Positions 33,150 through 44,086 of a DNA stretch of 64,000 nucleotides are shown one piece after another. The position numbers and the translations under genes were made by a program. How positions within the stretch are numbered: position 1 is the stretch's first letter; every line of letters begins with the position of its first letter. The DNA comes from Bryobacterales bacterium. GTDB lineage: Bacteria; Acidobacteriota; Terriglobia; Bryobacterales; UBA6623. Below the pieces are notes generated by a model. The model had not been told where the DNA came from. It made no database searches and worked only from the letters and a program-made list of their open reading frames with translations. The stretch lies in assembly GCA_963422375.2 (NCBI GenBank), contig OY729428.2, forward strand, positions 3,264,001 through 3,328,000. The letters run 5' to 3'.

Positions 33150-36100
33150 CTACTGGGGCTGCAGGCGATTCCTCAGCGCGAGGGCGGTGGGGTCGTCGGG
33201 CCGCACCTGCAGAAGCGCCTCAACGTTAGCGAGGGCGCTCGCCTTGTCACCCAGCGCCAGATGGGCCCTGGCTGCGTTCAGATAGGCCTGGGCGAGTTCC
33301 GGCTTGGCGCTACGGGCCTGCTCGAGCACGAGCAGGGCCTGCCGGTGCCGGCCGGTCTGGATGTACACGCCGCCGAGGTCGGTCAACGCCTCGGCGTACC
33401 CGTCGCGGAAGCGCACCGCCGCCCGCAGCGACTCCTCGGCCTTCGCGAAGTCTCCCTGCTGAGCGTGGACCAGGCCTAGGCTGTAGTGCGCCTCCGGGAA
33501 GTCCGGGTGCGCGGCGATCGCCGCGCCGAGGGACTGGGCGGCTTCCGCCCACGATCCGTTGCGCGCATGCACGATGCCGAGGTCGTGCAGCGCCTTGGCG
33601 TGGCTCGGCTCGATGCGGAGCGCCGCGCGCAGCGAGTCCACTGCCTCTTGCGTACGGCCCGCCTGCAAGTGCAGCCAGCCGAGGTTGTAGTGGACCGTGG
33701 CATTGTCCGGATCGGTATCCCGCGCGGCTTCCAGGGCGCGGCGGGCTGCCGCGAAGTCCCCTTGGCGCGCCGCGACGGTGCCCCAGACGCGCAGCGCGTC
33801 GGCATCTTCGGGAGCGCGTTCCAGCGCCGCCGACGCGGCGGCCCGCGCTTCGGGCAGGTCGCCGATCTCCGCCAGCGCGGTGGCGACATGGACCTGCGCC
33901 GCGCCTCCCGGCAGTCCCAGATCGACCGCCATGCGGTGCTTCTCGAGCGCTTCCGGCCAGCGCCCTTGCTCCGCGTACAAGCTCCCCAGCCGGTCGAGGC
34001 TCGCCGCATGGCGCGGGTGGACCGCGACAGCGTGCTCGAGCGCGGCCACAGCGTCCCCCCTGAGGCCGGCGGCGGCGTACGCGTCGGCCAGCTGGACCCA
34101 GTTCCGCTCGAAGCGGGTCACGTACGCGCGCCCCGGAAACGGCAGCCCGCGTTCCAGGAATTCGGTGTCGCTTTGCGGCCAGCGTTCCGCGTCGGACAGA
34201 ATGCGAGCCGCGGAAGTCCGTCCGAGATAAAGCTTGGCGATGCGGCCTTCCTCGTCGACGAAGAAGGTGGTGGGGATTGCCAGTTCGGCCGACTGGTCGA
34301 GAATGTGGCGGACCAGCAGGTCGAAGGCCGTCACGGTGTCCTCGTCGGGCAGCACCACGGGGAACGGCAGCTGCCGCTCGCGCACGTAGCGGCGGACGGT
34401 GTCGGCTTCGCCGGGCTCGTCTACGGAAACCAGCACCGGCAGCAGCGAGGCGCCTTCCAATGCCGCGCGATGCTCGGCGAAGTCGGCCAGCTCGGCTCGG
34501 CACGGAGCGCACCAGGTGGCCCAGAAGTTCAGTAGCAGCCGCTGGCCGCGGAAATGCCCCGGCTCGAGCTCGCCGCCGTCCAGAATGCGACCGCGCAAGC
34601 GCGGTGCCGGCATCGCCTCCGTCAGCCAAATGCCCGTCCGGGCCGGTTCGGGCCCGGTCGCGGGCTCCGCGGCGGACGAGGGAGCCGCGGCCGGCTCGGC
34701 GAAGAGCAGCGACCGGTAGTCGCTCTGCCCCTCCGTGATCGACACCAAGTGCCCGACCGGCACGCCGCGATGGCGGTCGACCGCGCCCGACGGCCAGTAG
34801 ATCGCCAGCTCGCGCACCTGGTCGTCGGCGCCCAGCCCGAAGTGAGCGGTCCGCGACGGCTGGGAGCGAAATCCCGAGCCGCTGCGCACCGACCGCGTGA
34901 GCCGGCGGCCGGCGGCCGTCTCCAGCACCAGCCGGGCGCCGACCGCGTCGCGGTTGCTCTTCGTACCCGCCAGTCGGACGGACACCGCCGCGCCCGACTC
35001 CGCGAGATCGTTGCGCAGCAGGCGCACCTGCGGGGAGTTGCGGCTGTTCAGGAGGATGTCCACATCCCCGTCGCGGTCGAAATCGAACGTCACGAATGCC
35101 CGGCCGTCCTGCGGGAAGTCCGCGCCAGCCACAGCGGACAGGTCGGCGAACGTGCCGTCGCCGCGATTCCAGTACAGGACGTTGCGTTCCTTGCCGCTGA
35201 GGCTGCCGTTGAGTCGGATCAGCCTGTAGAGCAGCGCCCAGCCGCGCTCGTAGCGCGAGGAGCGGGCTTGCGTTTCGGGCGACGACGACACGACCTGCCG
35301 CCAGAAGAAGCTTCAGAGGTCGGGCGCCCGCCCCTCGGTGCCGGTGACGAAGCCGTTGACGATGTAGATGTCGAGGTGACCGTCGTTGTCGAAGTCGACG
35401 AAGTCCGAGCACCACGCCCAGCGGCCCATCTCCACCCCGGTCGGCACGGTCACGTCGTCGAAGCTTCGGCCCTCGTTGCGGAACAGAGAGTTGCCCCGGG
35501 CGTGCCGCCGGTAGATGTCTGCCCTGGCTCCGGGGCTGTCCTCCTTGAAGTCGCGCTGCGCGGTGACCCGTCGCCCGGCCGACGACCACATGTTGCCGAA
35601 GTAGACATCCTCCAGCCCGTCGCCGTCGTAGTCTCCCAGCGCGACGCTCATGCCGGCCCCGTGGTCCTCGGTGCCCGCCTGCGCGGCAATATCGCGGAAC
35701 GTGGCGCCGCCGTTGCGGTAGAGATTCTTGCGTCCGAAGTCGTTGGCCACGAACAGGTCGGGCCAGCCGTCCTGGTCGTAGTCGCCCCAGGCGCAGGCGT
35801 GGCTGAAGCGGTCGTTGTTGTGGTCGAGGCCCGCGCTGGCGGTCGCGTCCGCGAAGGTGCCGTCGCCCTGGTTGCGGTAGAGGACGTTCGGCGGGCCGTT
35901 CGTCGCGTCATAGTAGGGGCGCGGCAGCTGGGAGGCTGCGTTCGGCCACAAGTACGCGGTCACGTACAAGTCCAGGAACCCGTCGCGGTCGTAGTCGCCG
36001 AGGCAGCCGCCCACCGCGCCCGGTTTGACGCCCAGCGGGAAGCCCTCGCGCGACAGGCTGAACCGGCCATGCCCGTCGTTGAGGAACAGCAGCGGCTGGC

Positions 36101-37091
36101 CCGCGGAGAGGATGAGGATCAGGTCCTGCGATCCGCTGTTGTCAATATCGGCGAAGAAGGCCGCCGAGGAGCCGTCGAGCGCGTCGAGCCCGGCGTCGGT
36201 GCTGGCGTCGGCGAACCGGCCGTCGCCCAAGTTGCGGAACAGGCGGTTGGGCAGGCCGCCAGGCTGGGTGAGGTAGAAGTCCTCCAAGCCGTCGCCGTCG
36301 TAGTCGCCGACAGCCAAGCCCTGCTGCCCGTAGACATCCATGCCGGATGCGGCATCCATGCGCGTCCGCCACACCTCGGTGCCGAAGCGCAGCTGCTGGC
36401 CGAACGAGGGGTTGTGCCCGAAGGCGGCCTGCGACACGTCGCTGAAGACGGCACTCCGCGCGCGGCTGCGCTGGCTGGGGCCGGCCTCGAGACCGGCCAG
36501 CAGCCACTTCCCCTCGGCCGGCTTGCGCCACTGGCAGCGCCACTGGGCGACCAACTGCTCGCGGAAGCCTCCGACCGCCTTGCCGGCCAGTTCGACACGC
36601 AGGTCGGTGAGCGCCGCGCCGGTGCCCCGAGACTCGATGCCGACGATCTTGAACTTGGCCCGGTCGACGGCGGCGAAGGGGGCGAGCAGCTCGTCGAGGC
36701 TCGCGGCAAACGTGCCAGCCTCCACGGTGGTGGCAGCGTGCGGGCTGCCGCGGTACGTCTCTAGCGCGCCGCGGGCATGGACGCGCTCCTCCGAAGCCGG
36801 TGCCAGCGGAGTTCCTCGGAACTCCGGGGCGATGCCGCCACGCCACCTCGGCGAGCTCGACACCAGGCCCGCGGCGATCTCGCCGAGTAGCGCCTCCAGC
36901 TCTCCCGCCTGCAGCTCGGAGAGCGAGCCGTCAGCGTCGGGGTCGACTTGTGCCAGCACCTGCTGGACAGGAGTGCCGCCGGACAACGCGTCCGCGCCCC
37001 GCAGCGGAGCGCTGGCGCCCTCGCCAAAGGACTGTGCTTGGCAGATTCCGGCCGCCGCGCAGATGCACAGCGCCACTAGGCCGTTCCGCAT
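33150..37091 (-). CDS. Exported FG-GAP/ASPIC-UnbV - TlpA-like redoxin - TPR protein with in-frame UGA at 35313-35315 (candidate selenoprotein)
   Basis: ORFs 35313-37091 and 33150-35291 share a frame and are separated only by TGA (RAPDL*SFFWRQVV). FG-GAP repeats continue on both sides of the stop. NFWATWCAPC redoxin motif and C-terminal TPRs. Signal peptide from ATG 37091. Confidence 0.75.
35284..35302 (-). promoter_or_regulatory. Putative bacterial SECIS hairpin
   Basis: UGA + 10 nt + GGCGGCA-GGUCG-UGUCGUC (7-bp stem with two G-U pairs). It shares GCAGGUC with the apical region of the E. coli fdhF SECIS. Confidence 0.6.
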
Positions 37092-37412
37092 CTCGAGTCC
37101 TTGCGCTGGCCAGGCAGCGTCGCAGCGGGCGCCTGCGGCAGGCACCCGCGCCATAAAGGTAGCAAGACAGGCGGCGGCACGCAACGGAGGGCAGGCGCTG
37201 GCCGGATCCCGCGGCACTTCGCGCCGAGACAGTGGGCCGCAGGCTTGATGCCTGCAGGTGGAGCAGGCGGCGCACCAAGCGAATCGGTCTCCCGAGACTG
37301 GGTCGGCGACGCTGCGATCCAGTCGGCAGGCGCGGCCGCGATAAGCGCGGTCATCGCCCGAGGCCGGAGCAACCGGCGAGGCCGACCGCAGCACCTACAC
37401 AACTCGCGATGC

Positions 37413-38270
37413 TCACATGCCCCACACTTCGATGGAGCCCCCCTGGATCGCCTCCGTGCGTCGGAAGATCTTGTCGGACCACGGTGAGCCCCGCTCGCCG
37501 AAGACTACCAAATGGCCCTCGTCGGCCCCCAGCCGGTCCATGTAGCTGGCCAGCTGGGCCGTGCCGTTCGCAACGGTCCGCTCCAGGGAGTCGCGGTGCA
37601 GCTTGCACTCGATGGCGATGCGCTGGTCGCCCTCCTCTCCGGGCCAGGCGACCAGCAGGTCCAGCCGCCCCCGCCCCAGGGCGTACTCCCGCTGGATGCG
37701 CCCGCCCCCGTTCGCCACCCGCTGCAGGAACGCCTGCAGCAGCAGGTGCGGCACCACCTCCAGATAGCCGGGCAGGTCCGCCAAGGTGTCGGCGCTCTCG
37801 CGGTAGTGCTGCCGGAACGCTTCCAGCAGCTTCGCCATGTCGAGGCCTCCCCCGGCGGTCGCGAAGCGGTATGCGCGCCGCTCCAGCAGCTTCTGATGGC
37901 TCGCCGTGAGCACGCGCGGCACCACCTCCGCGTAGATCGGGTTGGCGATGCGCGGCGGGTCGTCGGCCGCGAGCAGGCCCAGGTCCCTCGCGTATTCCAC
38001 GTCGTCGGAGTCGAATGCACGGTCGTCGCCGGCGAGCATGGGCCGGACGACGCGCGCCACGCGCTCGTCGCGCAGTCTCCTGCCGATCTGGTCGATGTGC
38101 GTCACCCGGCGCAGGATCAGGTCCTCCTGCGCTTCGAAGATGTCGCCCTCCGCGATCGCCCGCGAGCGGTCGCGCCCGGCCGGGCTGCGGAAGCAGGCCG
38201 CGTCGCACAGGGCGTTCACCAGCCACGGCTGCCCCCGGGTCTGGATCCTGCCTCGCCCACCGCCTCAGGG
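37413..38270 (-). pseudogene. C-terminal fragment of an AAA-ATPase / PD-(D/E)XK nuclease-domain protein
   Basis: TRGQPWLVNAL, IANPIYAEVVPR, PHLLLQAFLQRVANGGG and REYALGRGRLDL..IAIECK. The N-terminal P-loop part is missing. Confidence 0.7.
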
Positions 38271-39826
38271 ACTCGCGCAGCGCGATGGCCGGGCCCATCC
38301 GGTTCAGGACACCGAAGGCCGTCTGCTCCAGGAACTCGTCGCCGAAGGATTCTATAAGTGAGCTTACCATGCCTGCCTGGTAAGCGCAATGGACTTTCAC
38401 ATGATCGGAAGATACATTTGTGAAATTCAGCGAGAAGCGCATCATTTGCTCGAGTTGAATTGTCACAATATGTGATTTAATGAAAAGTATATAGAAAGAA
38501 ATCATGGAAATAATGGGAAAATTGCTTTCATTCCAACCAGATCCAATATTAATACAATAAGAATCTGATATAAAACTCTCGAAATGCGCCTCGGGACCGC
38601 GGCCGGAGCCGGTGCCCGGCACCTTCCCGGAGGTCCCGGCCAGCGCCGGCCGACCCGCTCGCCGGGCCGAGGCAGCGCCGCCCGTGCCCCGGGCCGGCCC
38701 GCAGGTCGCGCGCGGCAGCGCCGGCGGCCGTCGCGCGGGAGGGTCCGCCAAGGCGCCGGCTAGGGGCCGCCCGCCACGCCCTCGCGACACGCAGCGGGAC
38801 GGGGATCCTGCGCCGCGTGCCGCGTCGTCGGCGACGGCGCGTCTCGCGCCGGACCCTGACTGACCGCCGCCCCCTCGCCCCGATGTCAGGTCCGACCGCC
38901 GTTGCCACCTCGGGCAGGGGTGTTGCTCGGCAAGGCCCCTGCGGGTGCCCGGGCCGTCGGCCGGACATCTCCGCTAGCCGGGCCCCTCGGTCCGCCGTCC
39001 GCCGACTCGCGTCAGGACACCGCCTCAAGTGCCTGAATCGAAAGGCCTTGCGGAGAATCCCACGGCCTCACCCCGGGACGGCCGTACTTGACCAATCCTT
39101 CGATGTACGGAATTCTGAGGCAGTTCTCGCCGGGAGCCCGGCGGCAGCCCCCAGCGGCGACGGCGGCGACTGCCTTGGAGTGGCATTCCACGCACTAGCC
39201 CACGTAATGCTCGCTGTCCTTCCGGGCGTCCGCGTGCAGTTCTTGGCTGCTGAGGCACGAGAGCGACCGGCTCTCGGTAAAGCAGCGGCTGGCCAGAAGG
39301 CCGAGCGGCTGGAAGCGCACGTTTAACGGATCGTCCCTTTCCGGGGCGGGCGAAGCCTTCCGGCGGCCCGGCAGCCGATGGCACTCGCCGCGTGCGGCGA
39401 TGATCCCCGCCGCGTCCATGCGGCCCGGGTTGCCGATTTGACCCCGGGGGCGCCCGCGCCGAGCGAACGTGCTCCCCGCCGGGGCCGTGGGAGCGCTCGT
39501 AGCGCACGCCGGGCTCGATCCCCCTAGCGAGGGCCCGGTAGCGAGCAGCGGCAGCGCCTGCTCGGCGCGTTCGAGGAGGCAGTAGCAGCGGGCGAACTGC
39601 AAGTGGGCCACGTTGCCGGAGAGCCCAGACGCAGGGCGTTCTCGAGGTTGAGCGCAGCTTCCTACGGTCGACCCAAGCGTAGGAGCACCTGCCCGAGCAG
39701 CGCGTACGCCGACGCGTAGCCGGAATGCCAATCGATGGCCGCTCGCACGGAGGCCTCAACTCTCGGCGCGGACTCGTTCGAGCGAGGGCCTCCCGACAGT
39801 GCCACCGCTACCAGTACAATCGCGAG

Positions 39827-41239
39827 ATGCTTCAGATCGCTGTTGTGGCCTCGCTGCTCGGACTACTCGGGTCGCAGCACGTCCACGCGCAGGACCGAAC
39901 GAATTTCCTCCTTTTCCTCGTCGACGACCTTGGCTGGGCCGATCTCGGGATCTACGGGTCGGATCTTCACCGGACCCCTCGCATCGATGCATTCGCTCGC
40001 AACGCGATGCGCTTCACGAACGCATACGCGGCCTCGCCAGTGTGCAGCCCGACGAGAGCGTCGATTCTCACCGGCAAGCATCCCGCGAGGCTCGGCATGA
40101 CGGTGTGGCGGGAGGCCGCGAAGAATCCTCCCCTTCGCCGCAAGCTGGTTCCGCCGGTTACCCAGGACAGCCTGCCGCACGAGGAGGTCACGCTGGCCGA
40201 AGTTCTGCGCGGGGCCGGATACACGACCGCCCACGTCGGCAAGTGGCACCTCGGCACGGCCGAGTACTACCCGCAGACCCAGGGCTTCGACTACAACGTC
40301 GGCGGCACGCTCTGGGGCGCCCCGCAGACCTTCTTCTTCCCCTACGGGGGCACCGGGCCCTTCGCGGGCCTGCGATACGTCCCCCACTTGGGGGGCGGCC
40401 AGCCAGGCGAGTACCTGACGGACCGCCTGACCGACGAGGCGATTCGGATTCTGCGAAGGGAGCGCGGGAGACCCTTCTTCCTGCAGCTGGCATACCACAC
40501 GGTGCATACCCCCATCGAGGGCAAGCCGGAACTCGTGGCGCGCTACCGCGACCGGATTCAGGAGGGCATGCGCCACCGCAACGCGCACCTCGCCGCGATG
40601 GTCCATTCGCTTGACGAGAGTGTGGGCCGCGTGCTGGACGAGCTGGACTCGCTCGGCTTGGCGGGGCGCACCGTCGTCATCTTCACGTCCGATAACGGCG
40701 GCTACGTCAACAAGTTCGACGGCATGCAGGTCACGGACAACGCGCCCTTGCGCTCCGGCAAGGGCTCGCTCTACGAGGGAGGCATCCGCGTCCCCGCGTT
40801 GATTCGCTGGCCCGGCGTCACCTTACACGAATCGGCAAGCGACACGCCGATGAGCAGCGTCGACTACTACCGCACCATTCTTTCCATCGCCGGCCTCGCC
40901 GGGGACGCCGAGCACAACAGGGAGGTGGACGGATTCGATCTCGTTCGATTGCTGAGGGATCCCGGAACATCTCTCGACCGGGTCGCCCTCTTCTTTCACT
41001 ACCCGCACTACTACGCGACGACCTCGCCCGTGAGCGCCGTGCGGGCCGGCGACTGGAAGCTCCTGCGGTATTACGAAGACATGCGCGTCGAACTCTACGA
41101 CCTAGCGTCCGACCTCGGCGAGACTCGGGACCTGTCGTCGCAGAGACCCGAGATCGCGGCCGCCCTCCTCGGGCGGCTGGAAGCATGGTGGGAACTCGTC
41201 GACGCGCAACATCCCGCGCCCAATCCCGCCGCGCCCTAG
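39827..41239 (+). CDS. Secreted formylglycine-dependent sulfatase (arylsulfatase A-like)
   Basis: DDLGW, CSPTRASILTG, GKWHLG, SDNGG and GKGSLYEGGIRVP; signal peptide. TACAAT lies 6 nt before the ATG. Confidence 0.93.
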   Translation: MLQIAVVASLLGLLGSQHVHAQDRTNFLLFLVDDLGWADLGIYGSDLHRTPRIDAFARNAMRFTNAYAASPVCSPTRASILTGKHPARLGMTVWREAAKNPPLRRKLVPPVTQDSLPHEEVTLAEVLRGAGYTTAHVGKWHLGTAEYYPQTQGFDYNVGGTLWGAPQTFFFPYGGTGPFAGLRYVPHLGGGQPGEYLTDRLTDEAIRILRRERGRPFFLQLAYHTVHTPIEGKPELVARYRDRIQEGMRHRNAHLAAMVHSLDESVGRVLDELDSLGLAGRTVVIFTSDNGGYVNKFDGMQVTDNAPLRSGKGSLYEGGIRVPALIRWPGVTLHESASDTPMSSVDYYRTILSIAGLAGDAEHNREVDGFDLVRLLRDPGTSLDRVALFFHYPHYYATTSPVSAVRAGDWKLLRYYEDMRVELYDLASDLGETRDLSSQRPEIAAALLGRLEAWWELVDAQHPAPNPAAP

Positions 41240-41278
41240 CCATCGGCCGCGAGTCTCGCCTCCTCAGCCAATCGCCGG

Positions 41279-44053
41279 ATGCGACGCGCCCTCCCGCTCG
41301 GCGCCATTCCGGACCACCCACTACAATTGGGGCCAGCGGTCACGCGCGAAATCCGGTGCGGTCGCCCCGGCCTCGGCTGGCAGCGGCATTGCCTCCGAGC
41401 AGGGCCGGGCCAGCCATCAATCGTGCGACGCAGACCCGGCCAGGCTCCCCCGAGAGCGCGCTCGCACCGGCGCCCGGCGCTTGTCGCATGTCTGGCGTGG
41501 TTGCAGCTTCTCGGCGCGACCTCCGACGCGGGTCGAGCCGAAGCCTCGGGCCGCGTCAGCAACGGCTTGGTCGCGATCTACGACTTCCGCCCCGACGGGA
41601 GCGGTCTCGTACGAGACCGGACGCTGCATCTTGAGCCCGTGGACCTCAAGGTGGGGGATCCGACTGCGGTGCGCTGGACCGACGGCGCACTCGAATTCAC
41701 GGCCCCCACGAGAATCCGTTCGACAGACCGGCTGGCGAAAATCGCCAACCTAGTGCGAGTGTCGGGCGAGATCACCGTCGAAGCGTGGATCGATCTATCC
41801 GCCACCGACGCAGGCCAGTCCGCTTGCATTCTGGCCCTGTCCAACGGGTCGGACCAAGTCAATTTCGAGCTGCGGCAGCGCGGCCGTAGCTACCGCGCCC
41901 GCTTCCGGACGTCGCTGACCGCGAGGGGAGACGGAGCGCAGCTGGCCGTCGCCGCGGGCGAGTCCGAAACAGGGGCGACGCAGGTTGTCTTCACACGGGA
42001 CCGCACGGGCCGGTCACGCATCTTCCTTGACGGCACGCTCTCGCAGGAGGGCTGGATACCCGGCTCGGCCTCGGACTGGGAGAAGACCACCCTCACGCTA
42101 GGAAACGGTGCCAAGGGACGGCGACCGTGGCTGGGATCGGTCCATTTGCTGGCAGTCTACGGCCGCGACCTGCTGCCTGCGGAGGTCGCGCGCAACCGCG
42201 AAGCGGGCTCGCAGCTGCCGCCCCCCGAGGCGACGCGGCTTTCCGAGAGCGCCGTCCTGTTCGAGACCGAGGTCGCGCCGCTGCTGGCGAGCCGGTGCCT
42301 CGACTGTCACGACTCCTCGGTCAGGCAAGGCGGGCTAGACCTGACCAAGAGGGCAAGCGCTCTCGAGGGCGGGGACCGCGGCAACGCGATCAAGCCGGGC
42401 GACGCCTCCTCAAGCCTCCTCTGGCTGATGGTGCAGTCCGGGGCGATGCCGCAGAGCCGGCCGCCCCTCTCCGACCCGCAGAAGCAGGTCCTGCGGGACT
42501 GGATTGACGGCGGCGCGTCCTGGACCCGCGAGGCGATCGGCGCCGCGGCCCGCCCCCGTGTTGGCAGCGGCGCAGACAGCTGGGTGCGACGTCTCACCGC
42601 AGGCGAGTACGTCGAGACGGTCCGTGCCGCCTTGGGCGTCGATCTCTCGGACGAAGCGCGGGATGCCCTGCCCGCCGAAGTGCGCGCGGACGGATTCGAG
42701 AACACGGCGTACAATCTCACCGTCGATTTGGCGCACGTGGAGGCGTACGCCAAGCTCGCCGCGGCTGCGGCCACTCGCGCGGAGGTCGGCGAATTCGTCG
42801 GCCAGGGCGGGCAGCTGGACGAGAGGTGGATCCGCGCCATGGGTCGACGGGTGCTGCGCGGGCCGCTGAGCGAGCGCGAGGTCGGCCCTTACCGGAATCT
42901 GGCCGATCAGGTCGGTACCCAAGGCGGCACCGTCGACGAAGCTGCCCGCATCGTTCTCGAGGCAATGCTCCAGTCGCCGCGATTCCTCTATCGCATCGAG
43001 CAGCAGCGCGGCGACGGAACGGCATGGCCCGCCGACGCCTTCGAGCTGGCCTCCCGGCTGAGCTACGTCGTCTGGGGAGGTCCGCCCGACGACGAGCTAG
43101 CTGCGGCGGCTGAATCGGGCAGCCTGACCGCCAAGGCGGAAGTGCGTCGACAGGTCCGGCGCATGCTGGACGATCACCGCGCCGTGGCGCGATCTCTCGA
43201 GTTCATTGGCCAGTGGCTGGACGTGGGCCGCCTAGCCAACCTGCAGCCGGACAGGCACCGATTCCCGGCCTGGCATCCGGGGCTGGCCGTCGACATGCGC
43301 CAAGAGACCTTGTCCTTCTTCAAGGATCTGGCATGGCACCGGAAGCGACCGCTGCACGAGTTGCTCAACGCCCAATTCAGCTATCTGACACCGAGGCTCG
43401 CTCGACACTACGGTCTCGCCCCGGCCGGATCGGGACTCAGGCGCTACGACCTCGCGGGCGTGCCAAGTCGCGGCGGGCTCCTGACCCAAGGCACGCTGCT
43501 GACGGTCGGCGGCGACGATGCCTCGATGGTCACGCGCGGCCTGTTCGTGCTGCACGATCTCCTGTTCGGGGAGGTCGGATCCCCGCCGCCGGGCTTGGAC
43601 ACCAGCCCCGTGCCGGCCAGTCCCGGCCGGTCGCGCCGCGCCATCGCCGCCGAACGCGTCGAGAGCGCGGCCTGCGGCGGATGCCACAGCAGATTCGAGC
43701 CGCTTGCGTACGGCCTCGAGAAGTTCGACGGGCTCGGGAGCTACCAAGACGTCGACGAGCACGGCAACCGCCTAGGCGAGGACGGAGAGGTCCTGTTTCC
43801 CGGCGCGGCCGAGCCTGTGACATACGACAGCATCGGGCAGCTCATGGAGCTGCTTGCGGCCAGCGACCGCGTCCGACAGACGATCACTCGGAAGCTGGCC
43901 CAGTTCGCCGTCGGAAGGCCACTCGCGGCTGCGGACGAGCCCGCCATCCAACGGATCCATCGGGAGGCCGCGCGGGCGGGCGCGACGTACCGAGACCTAG
44001 TAACGGCTATCGCGACGAGCGAACTGGTACTTGAGGTTCAGACCGAGCCGTGA
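41279..44053 (+). CDS. LamG-like + cytochrome c + DUF1587/1595/1592/1588/1585 domain protein
   Basis: CLDCH and CGGCH haem motifs; RRLT..EY, LQSPRFLYR, ELASRLSY..W and RGGLLTQG. Start is uncertain. Confidence 0.85.
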   Translation: MRRALPLGAIPDHPLQLGPAVTREIRCGRPGLGWQRHCLRAGPGQPSIVRRRPGQAPPRARSHRRPALVACLAWLQLLGATSDAGRAEASGRVSNGLVAIYDFRPDGSGLVRDRTLHLEPVDLKVGDPTAVRWTDGALEFTAPTRIRSTDRLAKIANLVRVSGEITVEAWIDLSATDAGQSACILALSNGSDQVNFELRQRGRSYRARFRTSLTARGDGAQLAVAAGESETGATQVVFTRDRTGRSRIFLDGTLSQEGWIPGSASDWEKTTLTLGNGAKGRRPWLGSVHLLAVYGRDLLPAEVARNREAGSQLPPPEATRLSESAVLFETEVAPLLASRCLDCHDSSVRQGGLDLTKRASALEGGDRGNAIKPGDASSSLLWLMVQSGAMPQSRPPLSDPQKQVLRDWIDGGASWTREAIGAAARPRVGSGADSWVRRLTAGEYVETVRAALGVDLSDEARDALPAEVRADGFENTAYNLTVDLAHVEAYAKLAAAAATRAEVGEFVGQGGQLDERWIRAMGRRVLRGPLSEREVGPYRNLADQVGTQGGTVDEAARIVLEAMLQSPRFLYRIEQQRGDGTAWPADAFELASRLSYVVWGGPPDDELAAAAESGSLTAKAEVRRQVRRMLDDHRAVARSLEFIGQWLDVGRLANLQPDRHRFPAWHPGLAVDMRQETLSFFKDLAWHRKRPLHELLNAQFSYLTPRLARHYGLAPAGSGLRRYDLAGVPSRGGLLTQGTLLTVGGDDASMVTRGLFVLHDLLFGEVGSPPPGLDTSPVPASPGRSRRAIAAERVESAACGGCHSRFEPLAYGLEKFDGLGSYQDVDEHGNRLGEDGEVLFPGAAEPVTYDSIGQLMELLAASDRVRQTITRKLAQFAVGRPLAAADEPAIQRIHREAARAGATYRDLVTAIATSELVLEVQTEP

Positions 44054-44086
44054 CGGTCGGCGCGAACACGAGGGAGAGGGAGAATC

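Noticed and set aside
39195..39731. Possible TPR gene remnant (AHLQFARCYCLLERAEQALPLL)
   Set aside because: Only one short motif; too weak to call.
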